Shown here one piece after another: positions 1 through 8,569 of a stretch of 57,119 nucleotides of DNA. The notes beneath the pieces were generated by a model. The model saw only the letters and a list, made by a program, of their open reading frames with translations, ran no database searches and was not told the DNA's origin. The translations under genes and the position numbers were made by a program. This stretch comes from a virus (lineage: Duplodnaviria; Caudoviricetes): the IMG/VR virus record IMGVR_UViG_3300046025_000059, positions 1-57,119 of that record; one strand, 5' to 3'. Each line of letters starts with the position of its first letter. The first letter of the stretch is position 1.

Positions 1-300
1 ATGAGTGAGCGGTGCGACACACCCGCTTGCTACCGTGAGGCGGTCGTGCAAGTCAGAGGGACGCGTCCGATCAAATGGAGCGACGACGAACTATCAGCTT
101 CTTCGTGGGAAGATGAAGGGGTTGCTGCTTGCGTGCCCTGTGCAGCCATGTTTGAGCAAGGGTCTGGAAGCATCACTAATGAGGTCCAATGGGAGATTCT
201 TGATAACCCATCCAGAGCAGGAATTGAGAAGGTGAGGGAAATTCTGCTGTCGAAAGAACGCAGAGTTAACTCGGACACGGAGTGTGGTAGCGATGAGTGA
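1..300 (+). CDS. Hypothetical small Cys-rich protein
   Basis: ORF with CxxxxC and CxxC; stop overlaps the next start. Confidence 0.6.
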   Translation: MSERCDTPACYREAVVQVRGTRPIKWSDDELSASSWEDEGVAACVPCAAMFEQGSGSITNEVQWEILDNPSRAGIEKVREILLSKERRVNSDTECGSDE

Positions 301-664
301 GCAGTCTACGAGCGGGATGTGTCGGTCCACTCTCGACAAGCTGGAGAAAGGGGACCTATTTACCGTTGACTGTCATGAAGAGACGCTCCAGGTCCATTCC
401 GACGGCCCGTTTGTGGGGGCAGTCATCCTCAACGCCTACGATGATTCCGGCGCTCAATGGACTGTTGCTGATGTTGACGGTGATCTCTATCTTGGGTATT
501 CGCAGACCTCGCCCATAGACGATCAGCCCCGAGCCAAGGAGATCGGGTCTGTCTCGATGCTGGATGACACTGAACAGACAACCTTAGTTACAGCCACCGA
601 CGGCGGAAACGGGCGGTATGTAGACACGGGTACTGACTACATCGCGGGTGAGGATGATGTCTAA
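293..664 (+). CDS. Hypothetical protein (cassette-like: MSEQSTSG ... RYVDTGTDY)
   Basis: Acidic ORF; ATG 293 overlaps upstream gene end; begins and ends with the recurrent boundary motifs. Confidence 0.7.
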   Translation: MSEQSTSGMCRSTLDKLEKGDLFTVDCHEETLQVHSDGPFVGAVILNAYDDSGAQWTVADVDGDLYLGYSQTSPIDDQPRAKEIGSVSMLDDTEQTTLVTATDGGNGRYVDTGTDYIAGEDDV

Positions 665-2387
665 CCGGCGACGCCCGGACGACACGGTGCGGGCGGTTGA
701 CCTGTTCTGCGGGGCGGGCGGCCTCTCGGCGGGCCTCGCACTGGCCTGTGAACAGCTAGATCGGGACGTCGAACTCGCGGCGGTCAACCACTGGGGGACC
801 GCCATAGAGACGCACAAACAGAATCACCCGTGGGCGGACCACTACAACGCCAAGGTCGAAGAACTGGACCCCCGCGAGGTGTATCCCGGCGAGCGCGTCG
901 GCATCCTGACGGCTGCCCCGGAGTGTACTCACTTCAGTACGGCGCGTGGCGGGCGCCCGGTCAACGAACAGAAGCGCGCGAGTCCGTGGCACGTCTTGGA
1001 GTGGCTGCAGAAGTTGTACGTTGACAATTTCCTGATCGAAAATGTTCCTGAATTTATCGATTGGGGTCCTGTCGGCGCGGACGGCACGCCTATGCAGTCC
1101 AAGAAGGGCGAGACGTTCGAGGCGTGGATCAACGCGATTCACTCGCTGGGCTACTCGGTTGACTGGCAGGTGCTGAACGCCGCCGACTACGGCGACGCCA
1201 CGTCACGCGAACGCCTGTTCATCGTCGGGCGACGCCAGCACCGCCCGGAGTTCCCTGATCCCTCCCACAGCGAGGCCGGCGACCAGCCGGGCACCCGCCC
1301 GTGGCGGCCGGCCGCCGAGATCATCGACTGGTCGGCCCCCGGGAAGAGTATCTGGACGCGCTCGCGACCGCTGGTGAACAACACAATGCAGCGCATCGCC
1401 GAGGGCATCCGCCGCCACGGCAGTGACCGCCTCGAACGGGTCGCCGACGTGGTCGGCAGTCTCGGCAAGGACGACGTCGAAGCCCTGCAGGAGCGGGTGG
1501 TGCCAGCGTCGAAGGCCCATTTCGCCGCTGAGGCGCTTGACAGTCCGTTCTTCGTGCGCGCCGAGGCCGCGGTCGGTCAGCCGGTCGCACCACATCTCGT
1601 CAAGTACTACGGGACGTCGACGGCGCGGCCGCTCGACGCACCGGTTGACACGATTACGGCCAATGGTCAGAAGTTCGGCCTGTGCGTGCCGTACCTGCTG
1701 GGCCAGCAGTCGAACGCGCTGCCCCTGCGCGTCGATCAGGACCCGGTGCCGACCATCGCCACCCGCGGGGCGATTAGCAAGATCACACCGCAGCCGTTCG
1801 TACTGCCGCGCAACGGCTACCACCGCGGCCTGCACAGCAACCCGGCCTACGATCCGGCCGCTCGCCCACTGCACACGGTGACGGCCAAGAACACTGACGG
1901 TCACGTCGTGCGCCCGACGCTCATGCAGTTCTCGCACGGCGGCAAGCTACTCGACGAGGATGCCCCGCTACCGACGATCACGACGGCGAAGGGTGGGGTG
2001 TTCGCCACCTCGCAGCCGTACCTGATCGAATATTACGGCAACGGACAGGCCCAACCACTCACGGAGCCACTGCCGACGGTGACGACGAAAGATCGGTTCG
2101 CGTTGGTCGTGCCCGAGTGCTACCCCCTGGGGATCAACATTCGGTACCGGATGTTACAACCCCGCGAACTGGCGGCGGCGATGGGGTTCCCATCGGACTA
2201 CGAGTTCTGCGGCACCCAAACCGAGACGACCGAGCAGATCGGCAACGCGGTGCCCGTGAATCTCGCGCAGGCACTGTGCGAACGCCTACTGGAAGGTGAC
2301 GACCCGACGCTGTGCAGCTATACGGACGACCCGCCACCGGCGGCGACTGACGGCGGCACCGAGGAGGTGAGCGACAATGACGAGTGA
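657..2387 (+). CDS. dcm: DNA (cytosine-5) methyltransferase
   Basis: Motif I DLFCGAGG, catalytic APEC, ENV, motif VIII TSRERLF, motif IX RMLQPRELAAAMGFP, motif X QIGNAVP. Confidence 0.95.
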   Translation: MSNRRRPDDTVRAVDLFCGAGGLSAGLALACEQLDRDVELAAVNHWGTAIETHKQNHPWADHYNAKVEELDPREVYPGERVGILTAAPECTHFSTARGGRPVNEQKRASPWHVLEWLQKLYVDNFLIENVPEFIDWGPVGADGTPMQSKKGETFEAWINAIHSLGYSVDWQVLNAADYGDATSRERLFIVGRRQHRPEFPDPSHSEAGDQPGTRPWRPAAEIIDWSAPGKSIWTRSRPLVNNTMQRIAEGIRRHGSDRLERVADVVGSLGKDDVEALQERVVPASKAHFAAEALDSPFFVRAEAAVGQPVAPHLVKYYGTSTARPLDAPVDTITANGQKFGLCVPYLLGQQSNALPLRVDQDPVPTIATRGAISKITPQPFVLPRNGYHRGLHSNPAYDPAARPLHTVTAKNTDGHVVRPTLMQFSHGGKLLDEDAPLPTITTAKGGVFATSQPYLIEYYGNGQAQPLTEPLPTVTTKDRFALVVPECYPLGINIRYRMLQPRELAAAMGFPSDYEFCGTQTETTEQIGNAVPVNLAQALCERLLEGDDPTLCSYTDDPPPAATDGGTEEVSDNDE

Positions 2388-2586
2388 GCAGTCTACGAGC
2401 GGAACGTACCGAGCCGAGTGCGTCTGTGGCTGGTCGTTAGAGCGGGACAAGCGAGCGTCGAATCTCCCTCAAGAGAACAATAAAAAGATCACGCGCGCTG
2501 TTGCCTCGATCCACGAGACTCGACCTCGTTTTGGCGACAGGGCCGATGAAACACACGCTGTGTCCTTCTCAGGAGGTGTGCGGTAG
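2377..2586 (+). CDS. Small CxC/His protein
   Basis: ECVCGW ... H; GGAGGTGA SD upstream; starts with MTSEQSTSGT motif. Confidence 0.65.
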   Translation: MTSEQSTSGTYRAECVCGWSLERDKRASNLPQENNKKITRAVASIHETRPRFGDRADETHAVSFSGGVR

Positions 2587-3486
2587 ATGGCACTCTCTGC
2601 ATTTCCCTGGCCCGGTGGGAAAACCCACTACATCAGCCAGATCCTGCCGTTCTTCCCTCAGCACCGTCGCTACGTTGAGCCGTTCGGCGGATCCGCGGCG
2701 CTGCTGCTGAACAAGCCCAAGAGCTACGTCGAAGTGTTCAACGACCTTGACGACGATGTGGTCCACTTCTTCCGCACTCTTCGTGAGCAGCGCGAAGAGT
2801 TACAGGAGTGGCTTCGGACGGTCCCCTACAGCGAAAGCTTGCACGAACAGTGGCAGGACGAATACTTCGACGATCACCGACCCGAAGACGATGTCGAGCG
2901 CGCCGGTCGCTGGCTGTTCCTCCGCTGTACGACCTACGGTGGCTCGGCTGGTCGACGCGCCGGCTTCAAGCGAGCCAGAAAGCGAAATGAGGCGCGATCG
3001 TTTCGGGGCAATGTCGACAACCTCACGGCAATCGTCGACCGCTTCCAAGAGGTCACGATTGCGAACGAGGATTACCGGACGGTGCTGGACCGCTACGACC
3101 ACGAGGAGACGCTGTTCTACATCGATCCGCCGTACGTCGACGTGGGTGAGCGGTACTATCCGGCCGCCGACAGCTTCGATTTCGAGGCGTTCGTCGACGC
3201 GCTTCGCGATCGTGACGGCTACTGGATCGTCTCGTCGGGCAACCTCCCCGACGGGTTGGTGGAGATCGCGACGACGACCTGCCAGTTCACGGCTCGGTAC
3301 TCGCTTCCAAACGCCAATTCCGAAGAGCGACAAGAGGAGGCCGAACACTTGTCGATGAACTTCGATCCAGAAGAGGAGCCGGAGTTTCTCGGCCAGCAGA
3401 GCACTTTGTTTGAAGCGACGGACGGCGGAAATGACCGGTGGTTAGACACCGCCACTGACTACAGCGGGGGTGAGGACGATGCCTGA
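2587..3486 (+). CDS. dam: DNA adenine methyltransferase (Dam/D12 class)
   Basis: FPWPGGK, YVEPFGGSA, EVFNDLD, catalytic YIDPPY; specificity not determinable. Confidence 0.92.
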   Translation: MALSAFPWPGGKTHYISQILPFFPQHRRYVEPFGGSAALLLNKPKSYVEVFNDLDDDVVHFFRTLREQREELQEWLRTVPYSESLHEQWQDEYFDDHRPEDDVERAGRWLFLRCTTYGGSAGRRAGFKRARKRNEARSFRGNVDNLTAIVDRFQEVTIANEDYRTVLDRYDHEETLFYIDPPYVDVGERYYPAADSFDFEAFVDALRDRDGYWIVSSGNLPDGLVEIATTTCQFTARYSLPNANSEERQEEAEHLSMNFDPEEEPEFLGQQSTLFEATDGGNDRWLDTATDYSGGEDDA

Positions 3487-4762
3487 CGCCAGCGTCGACT
3501 GGCGCTACGCCAAGCATCCCTATCTGCCGGGTGCCCGCGAGACGGTCGCCGCGATGGACATCGACGTTGGCGAGATCATCGCCGGGGGGCACGCCGCGGT
3601 CGACCGCGCTAGCCAGCGCGTCCAGGCGGTGATTGACGAGGGCACCACCGGCACACCCGTCCGCGACGCTTGCGTCGAACTGCTGTCGTATCCCATCGCG
3701 CGCATCCTCGTCTCACTCGCGGACGAACCCGCGCTGCGAGAGCGCCACCCCCGCGCTGAGGCCGCCACGGCCACTGACCGGTTACAGGCTGCCGCGGAAA
3801 CGTCGCTGTCGTCGACGGCCCGAACCACAATCGACGACGTACTGCCGGCGCTAGATCTCAGCGAGAGCATCGACCGGACGGGCGAGACGCCCCGCGTCGC
3901 GGTCGGTGCGTATCTGGATCTCGCGCCAGATGCTCCCGACTGGGCGCTGGTCGAACGCCCGGTCGCCGATGGCTGGGTGGTGCTGGCCGACGCCGACGAG
4001 GTGGCCCACCTCGTTGAGCGCGCCATCGAACGCCGGGTGGCCGGGGGACTGCCCGTCGACGTGCCGGAGGCGCTGGCCGCGGCACTGGCCGACGAGATGG
4101 CCGTGATCAACGGTAAACTGGCCCCGCCGGATCCGCCGACTGTGGCCGCCGGCGCGCTGGACGGGTTCACCTACCCCTGTCCGGCCTGCCGGTCGGCCAC
4201 GGTGTTCCACGCACCGCGCTGCCGGTTCGCCGCCCACGACCGCGAGGCCATCCAGCAGGCGTACGTCGGCATCGCAGCCATTCTTGACGCCGGGGCGCGT
4301 GACCGGGACGCCCTGCGTGAGACGCTGGGCAGGCCGTGGATGCCGCTGCACGACGCCGCGCTGGACGCGCTTGAACGCGAGTATCGTGTCGACGAGCGCG
4401 ACGACGGCACGTACGCGCTGCTGGAGGCTGAGGAACGCGAAGAGCGGTTGCTGGTGCCGTCCCACGACGCCCTGCGGACGATCTACGAACAGGGGAGCGT
4501 ACCAGGTGCCCACGACAACAGCGTGTTCGCACTAATCAGCTACTACGAGATGGTGGGTTTGGACTGGGAGACGACGCGCGAGGCGATGCTGGACTGGTTG
4601 CACGACAGCGGGACGTGGGAACGCGGCGGGTTCGATGAATCGTCGCCGGAGGCCCTGCTCACAACCAAAAAGCATGTCTTCGAAGAGGGCTATGGATGGA
4701 AAGACAAGGCGCGCGCGGCCGCGCGCGTGATTGAGCGGGCCAGCATCCACTCGGGGGAGTGA
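3479..4762 (+). CDS. Primase large subunit (PriL) N-terminal domain fused to a Cys/His and helical C-terminal region
   Basis: YAKHPYLPGARE and ELLSYPIARILVS resemble haloarchaeal PriL; after a Pro linker, YPCPACR...H...C replaces the usual Fe-S domain. Confidence 0.7.
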   Translation: MPDASVDWRYAKHPYLPGARETVAAMDIDVGEIIAGGHAAVDRASQRVQAVIDEGTTGTPVRDACVELLSYPIARILVSLADEPALRERHPRAEAATATDRLQAAAETSLSSTARTTIDDVLPALDLSESIDRTGETPRVAVGAYLDLAPDAPDWALVERPVADGWVVLADADEVAHLVERAIERRVAGGLPVDVPEALAAALADEMAVINGKLAPPDPPTVAAGALDGFTYPCPACRSATVFHAPRCRFAAHDREAIQQAYVGIAAILDAGARDRDALRETLGRPWMPLHDAALDALEREYRVDERDDGTYALLEAEEREERLLVPSHDALRTIYEQGSVPGAHDNSVFALISYYEMVGLDWETTREAMLDWLHDSGTWERGGFDESSPEALLTTKKHVFEEGYGWKDKARAAARVIERASIHSGE

Positions 4763-4766
4763 TACC

Positions 4767-5141
4767 ATGACAGAGACACCACCAGATCGACCGAACTACC
4801 CAGTGGTCCACGAGGACCTGACCGACCGTGCGAAAGCCACTGAGACGCCGGTGGCTGTGACCGAGGACAAACGCCACCGCGTGGTCTGCCGGGCGGCACA
4901 GGAGGCCGACGGCGTCGTCTGGCTGGCGAAGATCGAACACAGCGAGCGGGCGGACGGCGCCCCGTCGGTGGGGTTCCAGCGCTGCCACATCGACGCCGAC
5001 CACAACTCGCTCCGCAAGTGGTCGTCGGTTGCCACCGGCCGACTGTCGGGGCCGCAACGACTGCCGGCATGGGAACGGCTGTTCACGGTGTTCAACGCTG
5101 CGCTGCACGAGTACAATCGGGAGGTGCGTGCCCGTGATTGA
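4767..5141 (+). CDS. Hypothetical protein
   Basis: ATG after GGGGAGTGA SD; tightly packed in operon. Confidence 0.7.
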   Translation: MTETPPDRPNYPVVHEDLTDRAKATETPVAVTEDKRHRVVCRAAQEADGVVWLAKIEHSERADGAPSVGFQRCHIDADHNSLRKWSSVATGRLSGPQRLPAWERLFTVFNAALHEYNREVRARD

Positions 5142-5316
5142 CATCCGCCCCGCGCTAAAGCACGGGGGGTTCTCCTCACACTGTCGTAACGATCAGTGCC
5201 CCGAGTGTGAGAGCAAAGCCACCTCCCTCGTGATCCGGGCGGTCGACCGACGCGAGGTGTGGGGGAGGGCGCAGGTGGTCGAGTGCGACGACTGTTCGCA
5301 CAGGTGGTCGGTGTGA
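5134..5316 (+). CDS. Small Zn-ribbon protein
   Basis: GTG after GGAGGTG; CPEC...CDDC. Confidence 0.6.
   Translation: MIDIRPALKHGGFSSHCRNDQCPECESKATSLVIRAVDRREVWGRAQVVECDDCSHRWSV
5138..5177 (-). repeat. IS200/IS605 right-end-like hairpin remnant
   Basis: ttgacatccgccccgcgctaaagcacggggggttctcctc; TGA is the stop of 4767..5141; similar to copies at 47463 and 56064. Confidence 0.75.
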
Positions 5317-5615
5317 GTGACACGTCCGACGAGGGCGGGAAGTGGATCTGTCCGGATCATGGCCGCGTCGCCAGTGGTGGGCGGCAACACGGCGGCCGCG
5401 CCCGCGCCCACGTCTGCGGTGAAGATGGGTGTACTCGGACAGTGAAACGTGCGGACGTCGATTGGGACGCCTACCACTCCGCCCGTGAGAACGGCGAACG
5501 GCCGCCTTGCCCGCGCTGTGGGTCGACTGAGATCACGAAAGTCCCGGTCACAGGGGACCCGTTCCGGTGTTCTGACTGCAGCCACGCGTTTGGCGATGCT
5601 GGGGGGTGGTATTGA
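5313..5615 (+). CDS. Double Zn-finger protein
   Basis: CPDH..HVCxxxxC and CPRC..CSDC; GTGA overlap. Confidence 0.7.
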   Translation: MSDTSDEGGKWICPDHGRVASGGRQHGGRARAHVCGEDGCTRTVKRADVDWDAYHSARENGERPPCPRCGSTEITKVPVTGDPFRCSDCSHAFGDAGGWY

Positions 5616-5857
5616 TGCCTCGCCCCCAGACCTACCGCGATGTCGACCTCCCCGACGAGTGGGTCGACTGGCCGCCCGACGCGCAGGTGAACTACCTCGC
5701 GTCGGTGATGGATCGGGACGGCCTGCTCGAACTGGTCGGCGACCTCGCGGACATCCCCGACGACGAGATCGGCGCGCAGTCGATCCACAAGACCGGCCTC
5801 GCGCAACTGATCGTCGCCCTCGGCGTCTGCGACCACCCTGAGAGGTGTGAGCAATGA
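5615..5857 (+). CDS. Hypothetical protein
   Basis: TGATG overlap; acidic. Confidence 0.7.
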   Translation: MPRPQTYRDVDLPDEWVDWPPDAQVNYLASVMDRDGLLELVGDLADIPDDEIGAQSIHKTGLAQLIVALGVCDHPERCEQ

Positions 5858-6420
5858 ATAGCGACAAGGCTGCTGCCGTGCGCGATTCGATCAACGGCTG
5901 CCCGGACGTCGTCGACCCCGAGGACACCAGCGAGTACAGCACGTCACGCATGACATACTCGCCGGTAGCGGACGCCGACGTCACGTACACCGGCGAGTTC
6001 CTCAAGCCCGATCGGTCGTGCTACCGCCCGGCGTACGTCGAGCAGAGCGGCACCATTGGCGACGGCGAGGGCGCGACCCGCCCGGTCTACGTGGTCGTGC
6101 TTGAACCGCTGTGGCACCAGTCCGACGACGTCCGGTTGCTCTCGCCGGAACTGGTCTACGAGATTGCCAAGCACGACTGCCGGATCAGGTTCTACCCGCC
6201 CGAGCATCGCCTCGGCGGTGCAATCTGGGTGACGGACCGCTTCACAGAGGATCTGACGAACACAGACGGCGAGCGCTGCGAGTGCGGCAGTACGTACTTC
6301 AAGATCCGCGACGGGACACCCGAGTGCGCCAAGTGCGGTGCCCCTACCGAACAGACCGACAGTGCGCAGTTGACACTCACTGCAGCCCAGTACGCCGGAG
6401 GTGATGCCGATGCCGAGTGA
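5854..6420 (+). CDS. Hypothetical protein with C-terminal Zn ribbon
   Basis: ATGA overlap; CECG...CAKC. Confidence 0.75.
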   Translation: MNSDKAAAVRDSINGCPDVVDPEDTSEYSTSRMTYSPVADADVTYTGEFLKPDRSCYRPAYVEQSGTIGDGEGATRPVYVVVLEPLWHQSDDVRLLSPELVYEIAKHDCRIRFYPPEHRLGGAIWVTDRFTEDLTNTDGERCECGSTYFKIRDGTPECAKCGAPTEQTDSAQLTLTAAQYAGGDADAE

Positions 6421-6601
6421 TGCCGACGCCCACGAGTGGGTCCGTGTTGACACGCTCGCGTGGGAGACGGGCATCGACCGGCTGGACGAACAGCACCAGA
6501 CGGCCGTCTACGACTGTGACGAGTGCGAGGCGCGGCGCTGGACGCGCGAACGGCGGACGGCTACGCTGTCGTCGTTTGGGGGTGATGCCGATGTCGAGTG
6601 A
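6410..6601 (+). CDS. Small HxW/CxxC protein
   Basis: GGAGGTGA SD; HEW...CDEC. Confidence 0.6.
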   Translation: MPSDADAHEWVRVDTLAWETGIDRLDEQHQTAVYDCDECEARRWTRERRTATLSSFGGDADVE

Positions 6602-6776
6602 CGTCGACGACAGCGAGAGCGTCGACCTGACAGGCCACGCGCCGGTCGACAACTGCGAGCGGTGTGGGCGCTCGCCCGCGATGGAACCGTTACAGGAGGC
6701 CGACGGCGACTGGCTCTGTCTGGTCTGCCACGACCGCGTGACGAACGAACCCGATCTCGGGAGTGGGGGCGCGTGA
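6591..6776 (+). CDS. Small Zn-finger protein
   Basis: CERC...CLVC; GGGGTGA SD. Confidence 0.65.
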   Translation: MSSDVDDSESVDLTGHAPVDNCERCGRSPAMEPLQEADGDWLCLVCHDRVTNEPDLGSGGA

Positions 6777-6940
6777 CCGAGCAATCCACAGATGGGGCCG
6801 ACCGCTGCAACAGATGTGGGGATGGAGAGCAAGTAGCGGGTTGGGGTGTTTGCTCAGAGTGTTTTCGGGGCGATTGCCTCCGTCTCGCCCGTTCTATAGA
6901 GGCAGGCACTGCCTGCGACGGGGGTGACGACGACACATGA
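6773..6940 (+). CDS. Small Zn-finger protein
   Basis: GTGA overlap; MTEQSTDGADR start motif; CNRC...CSEC. Confidence 0.6.
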   Translation: MTEQSTDGADRCNRCGDGEQVAGWGVCSECFRGDCLRLARSIEAGTACDGGDDDT

Positions 6941-7443
6941 TCGGCTGGACGCGCGGCAAGCCCCCGCCCCATCGCACATCGCACTGTTGCACCGCCCGCG
7001 AACTGACGACGCCCATCCGATCACGACCCAAGCACATGACGCCCGATACAAACAGCCAGCCCGAATCGTCCGAAGCGGTCACGACCGATGTCCTGCGCCC
7101 GACCGTCAAGACACTCATCGACGCACTCACCACCGAACTCGCCGACGAGATTGCCTGCGCCATCGTCAACGATGCGGACGGCCTTGACCTCCGCGAAGTC
7201 ACGTCGAAGGGCCACATCGACGGCCACCCCCAAATCGAACTGCGGTGTGCGGCCTGGTCGGACCAGCCGGCGACCCACGCCACCGAGTATGACTGTGCCG
7301 ACGCCGACGGCAAGTGCGACTGTGATGTCGACATCCGGCCCCTCGCCCGGATCGACCTGCGCGAGTACAGCGCTGACTCGCTGGTCACGTTCGTCGTCCG
7401 GAATCTCAGCACGGACTCGTTCGAGGATCTAGCTCATGAGTGA
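6937..7443 (+). CDS. Hypothetical protein (start may be 7036)
   Basis: ATGA overlap; acidic C-terminal two-thirds. Confidence 0.65.
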   Translation: MIGWTRGKPPPHRTSHCCTARELTTPIRSRPKHMTPDTNSQPESSEAVTTDVLRPTVKTLIDALTTELADEIACAIVNDADGLDLREVTSKGHIDGHPQIELRCAAWSDQPATHATEYDCADADGKCDCDVDIRPLARIDLREYSADSLVTFVVRNLSTDSFEDLAHE

Positions 7444-7672
7444 CGAGTCTCCCGAACCAACGGTGCTGGACGCGGTCGAAGCACCGGACGCCCGGCGGTG
7501 TCAGATGTGGATCGGTAACGCCGAGACGCCTACCCGCTGTGACAACCCCGCCGAGTGGCTGTTCGTCTACGATGGCACCACCGGGCCGGGCGTTCCCAAG
7601 CCCCGCAACGCGTTTGCGTGCGGCCAGTGTTTCGCCCCGCCCGAGGATCTCTCGCGCAATGGTGACACATGA
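7436..7672 (+). CDS. Small Cys-rich protein
   Basis: RCQ...RCDNPA...CGQC. Confidence 0.65.
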   Translation: MSDESPEPTVLDAVEAPDARRCQMWIGNAETPTRCDNPAEWLFVYDGTTGPGVPKPRNAFACGQCFAPPEDLSRNGDT

Positions 7673-8010
7673 AGTACGCCTTACGCTTTGCTCCCGCCGA
7701 GTCGGCAACGGTCGATGCGCCGCTGTGGCTCTGGTGGCACGAAGACGGCGCGTACTACTGCGAACGCCAAGAACTGTACTACCCCGACGGGCCGCCCCGG
7801 CCGTCGAAACACCGCCCGCACTATGTCGTTAAAGAGGCCCCGCCGCGGTTCATCGATACGATGCTAGATGCGGGCCTCACCAGCGCCGTCGAACGCATCC
7901 CGTTCACCGACGTGCCCGAACAGATGCGTGATCACGACCCAAGCGAGGTGCTGGGCGACCCGCTGTGGATCACCGACGTCGACAATGAAGCCAGAGGTGA
8001 CGACGCATGA
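7669..8010 (+). CDS. Hypothetical protein
   Basis: ATGA overlaps at both ends. Confidence 0.7.
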   Translation: MKYALRFAPAESATVDAPLWLWWHEDGAYYCERQELYYPDGPPRPSKHRPHYVVKEAPPRFIDTMLDAGLTSAVERIPFTDVPEQMRDHDPSEVLGDPLWITDVDNEARGDDA

Positions 8011-8273
8011 CCGATCAACCCGCAAACGGAATTGACCCTAAGCGACATCTCGCCTACGGCCGTCCCGAGCCAGTCGCGGCTACTGAGTGCGTCAACGACG
8101 AAGAGTGTAGCTACGAAAACTGTGACGAGCCGGCAGACTACTGCGTTGAATTTCGGCAGCAGGACGGCGATGAGTCAGCTGTCGTAGCTATTTGTGACGG
8201 CTGCTCACAAACGAACCGCATCTGGGTATGTGAAAATGAACTGCTTAACTGTGAGGTGAGTCGCAATGTCTGA
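8007..8273 (+). CDS. Small Cys-rich protein
   Basis: CSYENCDEPA...CDGC; looks lower in GC. Confidence 0.65.
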   Translation: MTDQPANGIDPKRHLAYGRPEPVAATECVNDEECSYENCDEPADYCVEFRQQDGDESAVVAICDGCSQTNRIWVCENELLNCEVSRNV

Positions 8274-8544
8274 GGACGGCACTGAGCAGATAGAGCAGTA
8301 CGACAGACCCCTCGATGCGCTGGCTCACCGACTGTGGACTCACTGGAGCCAGCACATCGCCGACGAAGAGGATATCAGCGAGCAGCGGCTACAGCGGTGG
8401 CGAAACCTCTGGGTTCCTTACGATGGACTACCGGAAGAGGACAAGGACACCGACCGCCGGCTCGTTGAACGATTTTGCGAGGAGGAACCGGATTACGAGC
8501 GGTCGGTACACACGGGAAGCGACCACAACGGAGGCGATCCGTAA
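8266..8544 (+). CDS. RyR-domain-like small protein
   Basis: AHRLWTHW...VPYDGLPEEDKDTDR resembles the RyR repeat signature found in phage proteins. Confidence 0.6.
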   Translation: MSEDGTEQIEQYDRPLDALAHRLWTHWSQHIADEEDISEQRLQRWRNLWVPYDGLPEEDKDTDRRLVERFCEEEPDYERSVHTGSDHNGGDP

Positions 8545-8569
8545 TGTTCGGAGGCCTGGGTGATCGTTA

